A model generated the notes under the pieces. The model saw nothing but the letters and a program-made list of their open reading frames with translations, was not told the DNA's origin and did not search any database. From assembly GCA_964016885.1 (NCBI GenBank), contig OZ024740.1, forward strand, positions 219,728,001-219,792,000: 64,000 bases of DNA, read 5' to 3'. This stretch comes from Eledone cirrhosa. Lineage: Eukaryota. The stretch's first letter is position 1, and every line of letters begins with the position of its first letter. The translations under genes were made by a program, and so were the position numbers. Positions 27,041 through 41,948 of this stretch are shown in pieces.

Positions 27041-27271
27041 TACATGCACACACATACATTCATATATACATTCATACACATACATACATACATATTTGCA
27101 CCTCAAATATAACTTATATACACTGTAGCAGTTTATTCCATGTTAGTGATATATTGGGAGAGGGGGAGGTGAAGATGGAATATTCTAGTAATTACTGTCA
27201 TTGCTGTGATGCTTTATATGTGTGTAGGTGTATGGGGGGGGGGGGTCATATATATATATATATATTTATAG

Positions 27272-28070
27272 CAAGAGGGTGAGAGAGGGGTGAGGAAGAG
27301 TGAGAGAAGTGGGAGAGAGAGAAATGAGGAATAGCAAGTGGAGTGTGTGAGAGAGAGAAAGAGAGAGAGGGGGAGAGAGAAGAGCAAGTGGAGTGAAAGA
27401 GAGATGAGGAAGAGTGAGAGAGAGATGAGGAAGAGTGAGAGAGAGATGAGGAAGAGTGAGAGAAGTGAGTGAGAGAGAGAAGATAGAGAGAGATGAGGAA
27501 GAGCAAGTGGAATGAGAGAGAGGAAAGAGAGATGAGGAAGAGCAAGTGGAGTGAGAGAGAGAAGAGAGAGAGAGAGATGAGGACGAGTGGGAGAAGTGAG
27601 TGAGAGAGAGATGAGGAAGAGCAAGTGGAGTGAGAGAGAGATGAGGAAGAGTGAGAGAAGTGAGTGAGAGAGAGAAGATAGAGAGAGATGAGGAAGAGCA
27701 AGTGGAGTGAGAGAGAGGAGAGAGAGAGAGATGAGGAAGAGCAAGTGGAGAGAGAGAGAGGGGGGGAGCAAGTGGAGAGAGAGAGGAGAGAGATGTGGGA
27801 GAGCAAGTGGAGAGAGGGGGGGGGAGCAAGTGGAAAGAGAGAGAGAGGAGAGATGTGGGAGAGCAAGTGGAGAGAGAGAGAGAGATGAGGAAGAATGAAA
27901 GAAGTGAGAGAGAAGAATGAGAGGGAAGAGAGTGAGGCTGAGAGAAGAGAAAGAGAGAGAGAAGAAAAGAAAAAGAGAGAGAGAGAGGGTGAGAGATGAG
28001 GAAGAGAGAGAGGGAGGGATTGAGTGAGAAAGAGAGAGAGGGCGATTGAGTGAGATTAGGAAGAGAGAGA
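27272..28070. repeat. Polypurine GA-rich minisatellite
   Basis: GAGATGAGGAAGAGCAAGTGGAGTGA-like units. Confidence 0.85.
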
Positions 28071-28508
28071 AGATCAGTTTTAGGTGTGAGTGACGGCAGT
28101 TCTGTCAGAGAATTCAGGCAAGCAGGAGAAATATGATTAGCTGAAGGTATTCATTAATATATTACATGTAAATCTTGATATTGCTTACAGCTAGTAATTT
28201 AATAAGAGCCACTGTCCCAATGTGTTGTCTGTTAGAGTCATAATAATGTTCACGGTCCTTCGTAATCAAATAAACATCACACCAGTCTTTCAGCTGTCAG
28301 TTATAGTGAAGGGGGTCCTGTGGGGGTTGGAACTGAAGGAAGGAAGGGCTGGGGAGGGACACAGGAGGGAGAGATACTTAAATAGTTGTTCTCCAGGAAT
28401 ACTTTAGTTGGGAAATTGCTAAATTCTATAGCACAAGCTGTAAGTTGAAGCTATTTCCTAGTCACCTCCTGTTACTCTTAGCATACATATATACATATTT
28501 ATAGACAC

Positions 28509-28610
<102 letters not shown>

Positions 28611-28624
28611 GTATATATATATAT

Positions 28625-28705
<81 letters not shown>

Positions 28706-28718
28706 TATAAATATATAT

Positions 28719-28913
28719 AACGGAGGAAATGTGGTAAGGAACCAGGTGGAACATAACGCACCAAAGTACTCAATACTTAGGGTAGTAGAGTGGGTAATAG
28801 GAACGAGTAGGACCCCAACGGCTGAGCTCAAGCCGTTTCGACGGCTAATTCTGGCGTCCAGAATTAGCCGTCGAAACGGCTTCAGCTCAGCCGTTGGGGT
28901 CCTACTCGTTCCT
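28719..28913. repeat. PLE family 4 pLTR fold-back (opposite orientation to 24621)
   Basis: Palindrome centred on CTGGCGTCCAG near 28856, in (TA)n. Confidence 0.85.
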
Positions 28914-28949
28914 ATATATATATATATATATATACATACACATACACAC

Positions 28950-28990
<41 letters not shown>

Positions 28991-29133
28991 GTAGAATAAT
29001 CGAGTATCGAAAAATCGGCGCACGAGTTCACGATAAACAAAATTCGAGATGAGCGGCAGAGGGCTCTATAATTCAGATAAATTATATATATATATATATA
29101 TTATATATAATTTATATATATATATATATATAT

Positions 29134-29180
<47 letters not shown>

Positions 29181-29302
29181 GTATATATGTATATATATAT
29201 ATATATGTATATATGTATATATATATATATATGTATATATGTATATATATATGTATATATGTAGATATTTCTCACCATCTTATTTATGAATTTAGTGTTC
29301 TC

Positions 29303-29378
<76 letters not shown>

Positions 29379-29749
29379 TCTCTCTCTCTCTTTCTCCTGT
29401 ATGATAGAAAGGTTATTACACTTCATATCATCATCACCATCATCACCATCATCATCACCACCATCATCATCACCATCATCACCACCACCACCATCATCAC
29501 CACCACCATCACCACCACTATCATCACCATCACCACCACCATCATTTAACACCTGTTCTGCCATGTTCACATGGGCTCCTACTCTATACCTGTTGTTATT
29601 AGGGTAGGTATCTAACCAGAGTGCAGCATGTAAGTGTGGTGCCCCACTCTCAGCCCCCACCCCCAGCAACCAGCACTTGTCTGGGAGGACAATACTAACG
29701 ATTAACTACCCCACTGGGTACTTACCAGCAGGGAGACATACACATGAAC

Positions 29750-30845
29750 TGATGGTGATGATGACATTGATAATGGTGGTGGTGATGATGATGATGAGGG
29801 GCAATGATGATGATGGTGATGATGATGTTGGTGATGATGATGTTGATGGTGATGATGGTGGTGGTGGTGGTGGTGGTGGTGGTGATGATGATGGTGGTGG
29901 TGATGGTGATGGTGATGATGATGACAAATATGATGGGGGCAATGATGATGATGACAACGATGATGATGATGACATTGATGGTGATGGTGATGATGGTGAT
30001 GATGATGGTGATGATGATGATGGTGATGATGATGATCATGGTAGTGATGGTGATGATGATGATGGTGATGGTGGTGATGATGATGGTGATGATGATGATG
30101 ATGATGGTGATCATGATGATCATGGTGGTGATGATGGTGATGATGATGGTGATGATGATGATGGTGGTGATGGTGATGATGATGATGCTAATACCTGTCC
30201 TATCACACAGAAGAGAGACATGAGTGAAAGAGAAATAACCAAAAAACACAACTGAATTCCTAAATACAATGGGGAAATATCACCATCATCATCACCATCA
30301 ACACCATCCACACCACCACCATCACCATCATCATCACCACCATCACCATCATCATCACCATCATCACCATCATCACCATCACCATCATCATTGACATCAT
30401 TGTCATCGTCGACGTCGTCGTCATTATCAATGTCATCACCACCACCATCATCATCACCATCACCATCATCATCACCATCACCATCACCATCATCATCATC
30501 ACCATCACCATCACCATCACCATCAATGTCATCATCATCATCGTTGTCATCATCATCATTGCCCCCATCATATTTATCATCATCATCATCATCACCATCA
30601 TCACCATCACCATCATCATCACCATCATCATTATTATCACCATCATCATCACCATCACCATCATCACCATCACCATCATCACCATCATCATCATCACCAT
30701 CATCACCATCACCATCACCATCATCATCATCATTATTATCACCATCATCATCACCATCATCATCACCATCATCATTATTATCACCATCATCATCACTATC
30801 GCCACCATCACCATCACCATCACCACCATCACCATCATCATCACC
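29750..30845. repeat. Inverted pair of (GAT/GGT)n and (CAT/CAC)n tracts
   Basis: Both tracts carry the same interruption (DDDDKYDGGNDDDDNDDDDDIDG) on opposite strands. Confidence 0.85.
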
Positions 30846-30945
30846 ATTTAACATCCATTTTTCTATGCTGGTATGGTTTCCTTGCCTGCTCCAATTCTAT
30901 TTAGATACATATCTCTAGATTTTATTTATAAATTCAGAGGCTATT

Positions 30946-31019
<74 letters not shown>

Positions 31020-31282
31020 CTATATATCTCACTATCTATGTATCTATCTCTATCCCCCTCTCTCTCTCTCTATATATATATCTATCTACCTCGCTCTATC
31101 TCTGTCCTGTTACTCAGCTGTATGATAGAAAAGGTATTACACCTCTTATCATATTGTTTAAATAAAGGTCAGAAGTATGCACAGCCTGGGAATCAATAAG
31201 AGGTGTGAAAAAAGATAGATATGTATATATATATATGAATATATATATGTGTGTATATTATAATATATATATATATTTATAT

Positions 31283-31322
<40 letters not shown>

Positions 31323-31376
31323 ATATATATAGATAGATATGTATATATTATAATCTATATATATTTATATATTATA

Positions 31377-31424
<48 letters not shown>

Positions 31425-31481
31425 ATATATGTATATATGTGTATATATATATATATATCTGTGTGTGTGTATATAAATGTA

Positions 31482-31512
<31 letters not shown>

Positions 31513-31513
31513 C

Positions 31514-31552
<39 letters not shown>

Positions 31553-31563
31553 TGGTGTGTGTG

Positions 31564-31647
<84 letters not shown>

Positions 31648-31720
31648 TTACATATATATATACATATATATACATATACGTGTTTTGCAACTTATCTTGT
31701 GACTCTATAGACATGTTTTA

Positions 31721-31763
<43 letters not shown>

Positions 31764-31956
31764 ATAAAATATTCTTTGAAAAAAGAAATAATTTGCTGAT
31801 ATTTCTAAAAGAAAAAAACTTATTTTATTCTGTATTATTTCAATAACATTTGGTAATGGCAACCATGATGAGGGCATAAAAAATAAACTGTGAGAGATAA
31901 AAAAAAAACATATCTGCTGCTTATGAGAGAGCTTTGGAGCTAAAGTGGTTTCTGTG

Positions 31957-32016
<60 letters not shown>

Positions 32017-33450
32017 GTTTTGCGAGGTTTTTGATATGAAATCGTGTGTCGAAACAAATATTGTTATACTTGGGGAGGGTCACATTTGTGTAATAATATT
32101 GCCAGAATTAATAACAGAACACACTCACTGATCGCAGACCTGGTACGAGTGATGAAGAATGTGTCCCGCATGTGCGACCCAACAGAAATGGAAAGACACA
32201 TCCAACACTTCATCAACCGCATGTAATTCTTTGGCTACAACCAAAGAGACAGAATCAGAGTATACGAAGGAGCCACGGAGAAGTATAAGACCCTCATAGA
32301 ACTGGACATGAAAGGAATTTGCCCATTATACAGGAGAAAATCATGGAATAGCTTTGATAGGACTAGACATAAGATAGGGAAAGCCACCTCATGGTACGAC
32401 AACCAGAGATACCAGAGTGTCATGTTTGTGGACGTTACCCATGGAGGGAAATTAGCTAACCAGTGTAGAAAGGCTCTGAGAAAGACCCACTTAAAGATTA
32501 AGGTGGTAGAAAAGCCAGGAACCACCATAAAATTCCTGATCAGCAAAACCTACCCTTTTAAAAAAACCCACTGAAATGTATCATATGTAAGGTGAACCCC
32601 CGGATAAACTGTAAAACTAGAAACGTAGTCTATAGCATAAGATGTACAGAGGGTACTTGCAGAAACATGACAACAACATACATAGGCGAGACACCTCGTA
32701 GCATAGGTGAAAGGATAGACCAACACTGGGGGGAACTAAAAGGAAGAAAAAATGGTTCAGTACTATATGAACATGCCAGACAACAACACAACGGTAACAT
32801 AAACAACATAGAAGTTAGAATAATATCTAAACATAGAAATGACCCAGCAGATAGGCAAATCAGAGAGGCCAGCGAAATAGAACTTAGAAGGCCAAGGCTA
32901 AACAGAAAAAATGAATGGAATAATAACAACACCCAAACAAACAACACTGACCTAAGAGAAGTATAAATAAATAAATAAATACATACACAAGCACAATAAC
33001 AACAAACACATATAAACACACACTAGTAAACTAAGATAGAATACATTAACCAATACACAGTCACCCAAACAAGAACACACATCAAACAAAACACTATACA
33101 CACACGCAAACGCATGCGCAGAGAAGACAAAAAAAAAATAAATAAATAAACAGACTAAATAAAGATGGCGTAGACATACAATGTAATGGGAGGAAACATA
33201 ATAGCACCAATGACGATGTTTCAGATGTGCAACGAAAGAACTTTGATAGACTATATATATGCGTTTGTGTCTATATTGTATCTGTATTTTTTACAGTTGG
33301 TCAGTCAATGGCAACATTGAGGACCGAATAAATTAAATTAAATTAACCGATATAAAAGACACAGAAGCGAAAACCAACCAAACAGTGAGTGTGTTCTGTT
33401 ATTAATTCTGGCAATATTACACAAATATGACCCTCCCCAAGTATAACTAT
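32017..33450 (+). mobile_element. Penelope-like family 1, 5'-truncated, with inverted terminal segment at 5' end
   Basis: 32017-32130 antisense 3' terminus fused to ORF at IADLVRVMK; ORFs 32308..32574 and 32592..32966. Confidence 0.93.
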
Positions 33451-33470
33451 ATATATATATGTATATATAT

Positions 33471-35800
33471 AGGAAAAAGTATTACCCCGACGGCAGAGCT
33501 CAAGCCGTTTCGACGGCTATTTCTGGACTAAATTAGAATGTTTAGTGTGGTGAATAAATAGAAATTGAGTAGTACCAGAAGTGATACAGAATTCTGTATC
33601 ACTTCTGGTACTACTCAATTTCTACAAGTTTTTTCTATTCTCAACTTTTTAACCTGTAATTGTAAGATAGCATTGTGATTTTTTTTATTCATTTCTCACT
33701 ATCTAATTTCATATATTTTTTTATTTATTTCTATTATCTTTTATTGTCTCCTACTCTCATTCGATTTACCTTTTCTATAACCTCCCTCCTCCACTTCATA
33801 CACTAGCCTTAGAATCTGCTGTATACTTGTCACTTTCAAAGCTTGACCGATCCACTTACTCCCCTATTGTTCTACAGGCAAGTTCAGCCACCCCTACCTC
33901 CCACCAAATGCCATGATAGACTTATTTGTGTTTACAACAAATTTTAACCAATCCTCTTGACAACTACAATCTTCCCATATAAGGATGTACCCCCTTGAAA
34001 AGTTTGGCTATTTATTCACCAGGCTAAAAATTCTAATTTAGTCCAGAAATAGCCGTCGAAACGGCTTGAGCTCTGCCGTCGGGGTCATACTTCTTCATAT
34101 TTCCCACTCTACTACCCTAAGTATTGAGTACTCCGGTGCGTTATGGTCCATCTGGTTCCTTACCACAATTCCTTTGTTATTTAGCTCCTATCTCTGAAGT
34201 AGAGCACTTTCCGACTCTACCACGCCATATCCCGACTTTTCCACCCAGCTCAAGTTTCTTCACCCGCGCGATGTGAAAACACATCGACTTCTCCACCAAG
34301 AACGTCCCAGTTCCACCAAGAAAACTTTACCTTCGGATGCTCACGTAAAAAATCGATCTTTTTGCGAAAAGACTAAGATGGAGAACTTTTTTCTACGATA
34401 GATACCGCGACAATCAGGATTTCAACACCAAGGAGAGATTCAGATTCAATACCTACAAATCTCCGCCTCCGAACCCTATGCTCTCACCCTTCGAGAACGA
34501 CTTTTCCACCTGGTCAAGAGCATTAAATTCAAACCCAGACCCAACAGATTCCTACAACAACTCCGTAGCAAAATAACAGAGTATGAAAACACCAATGACA
34601 TCATGGTGCACTCGGACAAAACAGGAAACCTCTACTTCGTCAACCCCGACAGATACCACACAATGATCAGGAGCAGCCTAAACTCCACCTATAAAAAGGC
34701 TAACCATTCAATTATCGAGGACATAAATCGAGATGGACAACAAATTACCTCCAGCCTTGGGGTCGACGACCGCACTGAACCCCTAGACCCACGGATCCCC
34801 TACTTCACACTGAAGGACCACAAATCCGACTTCAACCGCAAACCATCCATAAGACTTATAAACCCAAAGAAGTCCGACATACGGAGAATCAGTAAAAAGA
34901 TCCTAGAGCGAGTTATACCAAAAGTTAAGCAAAACGTGAGACTTAGCCTATGGTCAGCACCCAGGAAGTAATCTCATGTTTCAGGAATATGTTACTATGC
35001 ATCTATTACCTTACCGCTCCTTATGGCCACCTTGGACTTTGCCGAAACACACCAGGAAGACAGTCCTACTTTTCGACAACTCCAAATGGATAAAGAGAGC
35101 TCCTGACTCCCCCTTCGACGTCAGTATGGGCGCGATGGATTCGGCTGAGATCACAGATCTTATAGGATTATTCCTACTATTTAAACTCACCGAAATGTTA
35201 CCTGCATTCGGTGGTGGATTGTACCGCGATGATGGGCTCCTTACCCTCAAAGGGTACAACCCCAGTAGTACAGACCGGGTCCGTAAATAACTAATCTTCC
35301 GGGACTGGGGATCTAAAATCACCCTACAAACGTCCCTAACACGAGTCAATTTCCTGGATGTTACCCTTAACCTCGAAAATGATCTGTACTACCCATACAG
35401 GAAACCAATCGACAACCTGCACTACATCCACCACCGCTCTAACCATCCTAGAAACATCACCAATAACCTGGTTAAAAACATCTCCCTCCACATATCTCGT
35501 TTGTCCGCTAACAAGCAGATATTCGATGAACATGCGCCTCATTATAACCAGGCCCTCAAGCAGAGTGGCTTCCGGGAGGAAATATCCTTTTATCCAGCTT
35601 CCCTTAGCGGATCCAGCAGGCGACACCACCATTCACGCAACATAACGTGGTTCAATCTTCCCCATAATGCCGAGGTGGCAACACCTGTCGGAAAAATCTT
35701 CTTTAGGCTCATCGAAAAACACTTTCCACTACAACACCGTCACCACAGCATAATCAACAAAAACACCATCAAACTGTCCTACAGCACCACAATTCCTTTG
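33471..35800 (+). mobile_element. Penelope-like family 4: 5' pLTR with HHR plus degraded RT, 3'-truncated
   Basis: DKT.NLY, FTLKDHK..F...P.IRLINP.KS, FDV.MG..D.AE, GLYRDDGL, ITWFN.P, LIEKHFP; frameshifts. Confidence 0.9.
33987..34090 (+). ncRNA. Type I hammerhead with U3-A8 core and extended stem II
   Basis: CCCC-TTGAAAA-G..GGCTATTT...AAATAGCC.TC-GAAAC-GGC TTGAGCTCT GCC-GTC-GGGG. Confidence 0.75.
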
Positions 35801-35828
35801 TATATATATATATATGTATATATATATG

Positions 35829-35860
<32 letters not shown>

Positions 35861-36168
35861 TATGGTGGCTGCCAACTCGTTTTCGAGTACGGCCACTACT
35901 TTATGTCCATGTAGGAGAACCCCTACCAAAGCGCTGAATGAGTATGACTTTTTAGTCCAGCCAGTGACTTGAAAACTCTGGTACAAACACTACACTTGTG
36001 ACAATTATTGACACATAGTGCTGGGCCCATGGTACCATGTGACGACAAGTGCAGAGAGATCTCCAGATATAAAGTAATGCATGTGCCGTGAAACTTTTAT
36101 AGAATTCTCCTAGAATTCTGCTTTGACAAAGGCTAAGGGGTCATCTCTCCCGGAAATATATATATATA

Positions 36169-36372
36169 TAGGAACGAGTAGGACCCCGACGGCTGAGCTC
36201 AAGCCGTCTCGACGGCTAATTCTGGACTAAATTAGTCCAGAATTAGCCGTCGAAACGGCTTGAGCTTAGCCGTCGGGGTCCTACTTGTTCCTATTACCCA
36301 CTCTACTACCCTAAGTATTGAGTACTTTGGTGCGTTATGGTCCACCTGGTGATCCTTACCACATTTCCTTCG
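36169..36372. repeat. PLE family 4 pLTR fold-back
   Basis: Palindrome 36169-36293 centred on CTAAATTAG. Confidence 0.85.
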
Positions 36373-36384
36373 GTATCTATATCT

Positions 36385-36540
36385 CATTTCTATCATCTCA
36401 TTTCTACAGCTGAGTAAACTGGAGCAATGTGAAATAAAGTATCTTGCTCAAGGAAACAACACATCACCCGGTCTGAGAATTGAACTCATAACCTTTCGAT
36501 TGCAAGGCCAATGCTCTAACCACTAAGCCATGTGCCTCCA
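36385..36540 (-). mobile_element. tRNA-head SINE, 5' half
   Basis: Matches head and core of 26652. Confidence 0.8.
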
Positions 36541-36542
36541 TG

Positions 36543-37210
<668 letters not shown>

Positions 37211-37211
37211 T

Positions 37212-37975
37212 TCATTAGTTAAGCAAAACAAGACCACAAATTTCACAAGGAAGACATTATTAAAAAATTGTCAACATATTTCAGTTTGATGTAAGGAATG
37301 TAGAGAGGAATAATAATAATAATATTAATAATAATAATGTCCATTTACAATTGTTTCGCTACTCCATATAATATTTCTGGATCAGATGACTATATATCAT
37401 AATTGATCTGGTTCAGTTGAAAATAATTAACATATTTAAAGACAGAGCGGCTCATCGGAACTTCAAAGGAATATAAATTAAAATAATGAGAGAATGTTAC
37501 ATAATATAATGTTCCATATATTGGTTTTTCACTATGGTGTCTTGGTTGCATCAGTTGTCAGCCATAATCAAGCAGTATTCATCTGTCGAGGCTGCATTGT
37601 GTGAGATCTGCCTATGGGTTACAATATGGAGTAGCGAAACAATTGTAAACGGACATTATTATTATTAATATTGAGGGCGGTGGATTGGCAGTATCGGTAG
37701 AGGGTCGGACGCCATGCTTTGCAGCATAGAGTTATGGCCCTTTATGATCTGAGTTCAAATCCCGCCGAGGTTAACTTTGCCTTTCATCCTTACGGGGTCG
37801 ATAAAATAAAGTACTAGTAATGCACTGGGATAATTGCTGGCCTTGTGTCAAAAGTAGAAATAATTATTATTATTAATATTATTATTATTATTATTCTCTA
37901 CATTCCTTACATCAAACTAAAATATTAATAATGTCTTCCTTGTGAAATTTGTGGTCTTGTTTTGCTTAACTCATG
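37212..37975. repeat. Fold-back element with long-stem-II HHR, right arm interrupted by a SINE
   Basis: 37212-37368 inverted at 37625-37670 plus 37862-37975; HHR minus 37343-37461. Confidence 0.75.
37672..37862 (+). mobile_element. tRNA-derived SINE (OK-like), full length
   Basis: A box TGGCAGTATCGG, B box GAGTTCAAATC; flanked by duplicated ATTATTATTATTAATA. Confidence 0.85.
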
Positions 37976-38156
37976 AATATTTCAAGCTCTGCGCACCTAA
38001 CTTCTGCATGAACCCAGCCACCTAGCTGCTTTCTACTGCATATTGCACATTGAGCACATGCCTTTACGCTTTGGCTTCTAACAAATTCACCAATCTCTCC
38101 TCTCCTATCTCCATCTCTCTCTTTAAGATTGGTTACTCTTGAACTGTGTATATATG

Positions 38157-38188
<32 letters not shown>

Positions 38189-38244
38189 GGTATGGTTATA
38201 TACCTATATATATATGTATATATATATATATATATATATACATA

Positions 38245-38314
<70 letters not shown>

Positions 38315-38327
38315 TAAATAACCATAC

Positions 38328-38366
<39 letters not shown>

Positions 38367-39267
38367 TATATATGTATATATATATATGTATGTATATATA
38401 TATGGTTATATACCTATATATATATATATATATACATATATACATATATACATATATACATATATATATGTATGTATATATATATATATGGTTATATACC
38501 TATATATACATATATACATATATATATACATATATATATGTATATATACATATATATAGGTATATATATATATATACATATATATACATATTTATATATA
38601 TATACATATATATACATATATATATATATATATGTATGTATATATATGTATATATACCTATATATATATGTGTGTGTTTGAGTGCATTTGTATGTGTATA
38701 TATGAGAGTAGTAGAGGGTATTTTGCATTATTGATCAGTCATATGGTGAATGATGTTGATGATGGTATATATATGTTCTGTGCATGTGAGTGTGTATGTG
38801 TGTGCATGTGAGTGTGTGTGTGTATGTGAGTATGTGTGTGTGTGTGTGTGTGTGTGCATATGAGTGTGTGTGTGTGTGTGTGTGAGTATGTGTGTGTGTG
38901 TGTGTGCATGTGAGTGTGTGTATGTGAGTATGTGTGTGCGTGTGTGTGTGTGCATGTGTGTGTGTGCATGTGAGTGTGTGCATGTGTATGTCATGGGCTG
39001 TTCTTGTGTAGTGTTAATATCATCAGAATATATCCCTTCGAAAAGCTATCTTTTTTCCCTGTCAGCAGCTGACGAAGGAAATATACTGCAGTAAAATAAC
39101 AGCATCTGAGGAAAACGATAGTGGTGGTGGTGGTGGTGGTGGTGGTGGTGGTGGTGGTGGTGTTGGTGGTGGTGGTGGTGGTGGTGGTTTCTGTTGCCAA
39201 AAAAGCATAAGTCTGTATCCCTACTATTATGTACAAACTTATGAACTTTACAGTTATATATATGTAA

Positions 39268-41948
39268 CAACCACAATGACAGAGGACGAACAACCGCAAT
39301 GACAGAGGACAGAGACATCGTTATGCTAGCAGGAGACTTCAATAGTCATGTTGGACAGCTCCAGGATGGTTACATTGGGGTACATGGTGGGCACGGTTAC
39401 GGCTTAAGAAATGAGACTTCTTGAATTTTGTGATGCAGGTACACTGACTATTTGCAGCACAAACTTCCACAAACCTGCCAATCACCTAATAACCTACAAA
39501 TCTGGTGAGCACATAAGCCAGATTGACTTCTTACTAGTTAGGCAGAGGGACAGGCAGATAGTGTCTAATACCAAGGCATACCCTGGGGAATGTACTCCAC
39601 AGCATAAGGTTAGTTGTTAGTGATATCTCAGTAAGCAAGAGATGGAATGAGATATACAGGAAGGTAAGGAGAAGAAAGGTCTGGAAGTTAAAAGACCTTT
39701 CACTAAAATACAAATTTAGGAAAGCCCTTCAAGATGTATATGACGAAAAAGAAGACGATTTAGAAACGTATGACATAGATAATAACTGGAATTTCTTTCG
39801 TGACAACTTGCTGCAGGCTACTGATGAAACTTGTGGCTGGAGCTCTGCTCCAGCCAGACAGAGAGTGACCTGGTGGTGGAACAGCACAGTAGATAAGGCC
39901 ATTAGAGACAAAAGACTAGCATGGAAGGCTTGGAAAAAGGGTGGGAGTAGGGAAGAATATACAGCTGCTAAGAGAGAAGCTAGACGTCAGGTGTACTTAG
40001 CACGCAGGGAGGCGGAGAGCAGGAGGTTTGCCAATGTTCTGCAATGGGAAGATCAGAGACGTGCGGTGTTCCACATTGCAAGGCAGTGTGTCAATGCAAA
40101 TCAGGATGTTGTTGGAGATAAATGTGTCCGGGATGATGCCGGTGTACTTAGTGTCACGAATGATCAGAAAAAGGAGGCCTGGAAATGTCATTATGAGAGA
40201 CTGATGAATGTGGAGAACGATTGGGAGAGAGAGAAATTACCCTTAGTAGATCTAACAGAGGGACCAGTTATTGTGATTGACGAATATTGGGTCCAAGAGG
40301 TGATTAAGGAAATGAAAAATGGTAAGGCTGCTGGACCATCGGGAATAGTTGCTGAGATGCTGAAGGCATCAGGGGACGTAGGCACTAAACTGGTTGCACG
40401 CATCATCAATCAGGCTATATATGGTGGTGTCATACCCAAAGACTGGTGCAGCAGTATTCTCATAAATTGCTACAAAGGTAAAGGGGATGCTCTGGAGAGG
40501 AGCAATTATAGGGGTATAAAACTGATGGATCAGGTTATGAAAGTGGCAGAAAGGATATTAGCACAACTAATTAGAGAAAAGATCAAACTAGATGAGATGC
40601 AGTTTGGTTTTGTGCCTGGGAAGAGTACAACAAATGCTCTATTCTTGGTGAGACAATTGCAAGAGAGGTTCTTAGAGAAAAATAAGCCACTATACTTAGC
40701 CTTTGTTGACCTAGAGAAGGCCTTTGATAGGGTACCTCGATCTGTCATCTGGTGGTCCCTAAGGAAGCTAGGTGTTGAGGAATGGCTTGTGAGGACAGAG
40801 CAAACTTTGTACAGAGGTACTCTCAGTAAAGTCAGGGTAGGAATGGAGTTTAGTGAGGAATTGCAGATACAAGTAGGAGTACATCAAGGTTCGGTCCTCA
40901 GCCCACTCTTGTTCATTATAGTCCTCCAAGCCATTACAGAGGAGTTTAAGACTGGCTGTCCATGGGAACTTCTCTATGCTGACGATCTGGTTCTTATAGC
41001 AGAATCAGTAGAGGAGCTAGAGAATAAATTCTGGCTATGGAAACAGCAGTTGGAAGCAAGAGGACTGAGAGTGAACCTAGCTAAGACAAAAGTGTTGATA
41101 AATAGAAAAGAGGACAAAACTCTGATTCCGTCAGGGAAATGGCCATGTTCGATATGCAGAAAAGGAACTGGCATAAATTCTATAAAATGCGCACAATGCA
41201 GATCCTGGGTACACAAGAGATGTAGCGGGATAGCAGGCAAACTAACAGGTAGGGAGAAATATGTATGCAGTATATGTACGGGGAAATTAGTCAGTAGAAG
41301 TCGCATTGATAGACACATTTTTCAAATGCAGGAGGGCGCTATAGAAGTGGTGAATAGCTTCCAGTATCTAGGAGATCAGATTAGCATGGGAGGAGGGTGT
41401 TCTGAGGCCATAGTAGCTAGAATAAGGACGGGTTGGAAGAAGTTTAGGGAGCTGCGTACAAAAGGCCAGTTATATGGTGTCTGTGTGAGGAGCGCGATGC
41501 TGCATGGTAGTGAGACATGGGCAGCAACTGCAGAGGATATGCGATGGCTGGAGAGAAATGAGGCAAGCATGCTCCGTTGGATGTGCAGTGTAAATGTGCG
41601 TGAATGACCCAGCATGAATGTGTTGAGAGAGAAACTGTGTCTGAGAGGGATAGAATGTAGTGTACAGGAGAGGAGACTGAGGTGGTATGGACATGTGATG
41701 TGCATGGAGGATGACCGATGGGTGAAGATGTGCCAGGAAATGCCAGTTGAAGGAAGACGTGGTAGAGGTAGACCACGAAAAACATGGGCAGAGATGGTGA
41801 GAACAGACCTCATATCGTTGAAGCTCACGGTAGAGATGACGAAGGACCGTGACGAGTGGAGAGATGCTGTGTTGAATAAGACCCTTCCCACCCTTGCAAG
41901 CAGGGAAAAGCGGACGTAAAATGATGATGATGATGATGATGATGATGA
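39268..41948 (+). mobile_element. RTE LINE subfamily A, 5'-truncated within APE
   Basis: GDFNSHVG, YADD RT, PHD-like Cys cluster, GRPRKTW, (ATG)n tail; inserted in TATATAT. Confidence 0.95.
39808..41919 (+). pseudogene. RTE reverse transcriptase ORF (599 aa, one stop, then 101 aa)
   Basis: FVDLEKAFD, GVHQGSVLSPLLF, LLYADD; small deletion after KFREL. Confidence 0.9.

Noticed and set aside
29677-30918. Asp/Gly-rich ORFs resembling acidic biomineral proteins
   Set aside because: Triplet repeats open in several frames on both strands; no signal peptide or splice support
37966-38140. Cys/His peptide CAQCAIC...GWVHAEVRC as a host exon
   Set aside because: Short, between repeats, no splice support; may be a LINE fragment but cannot be assigned
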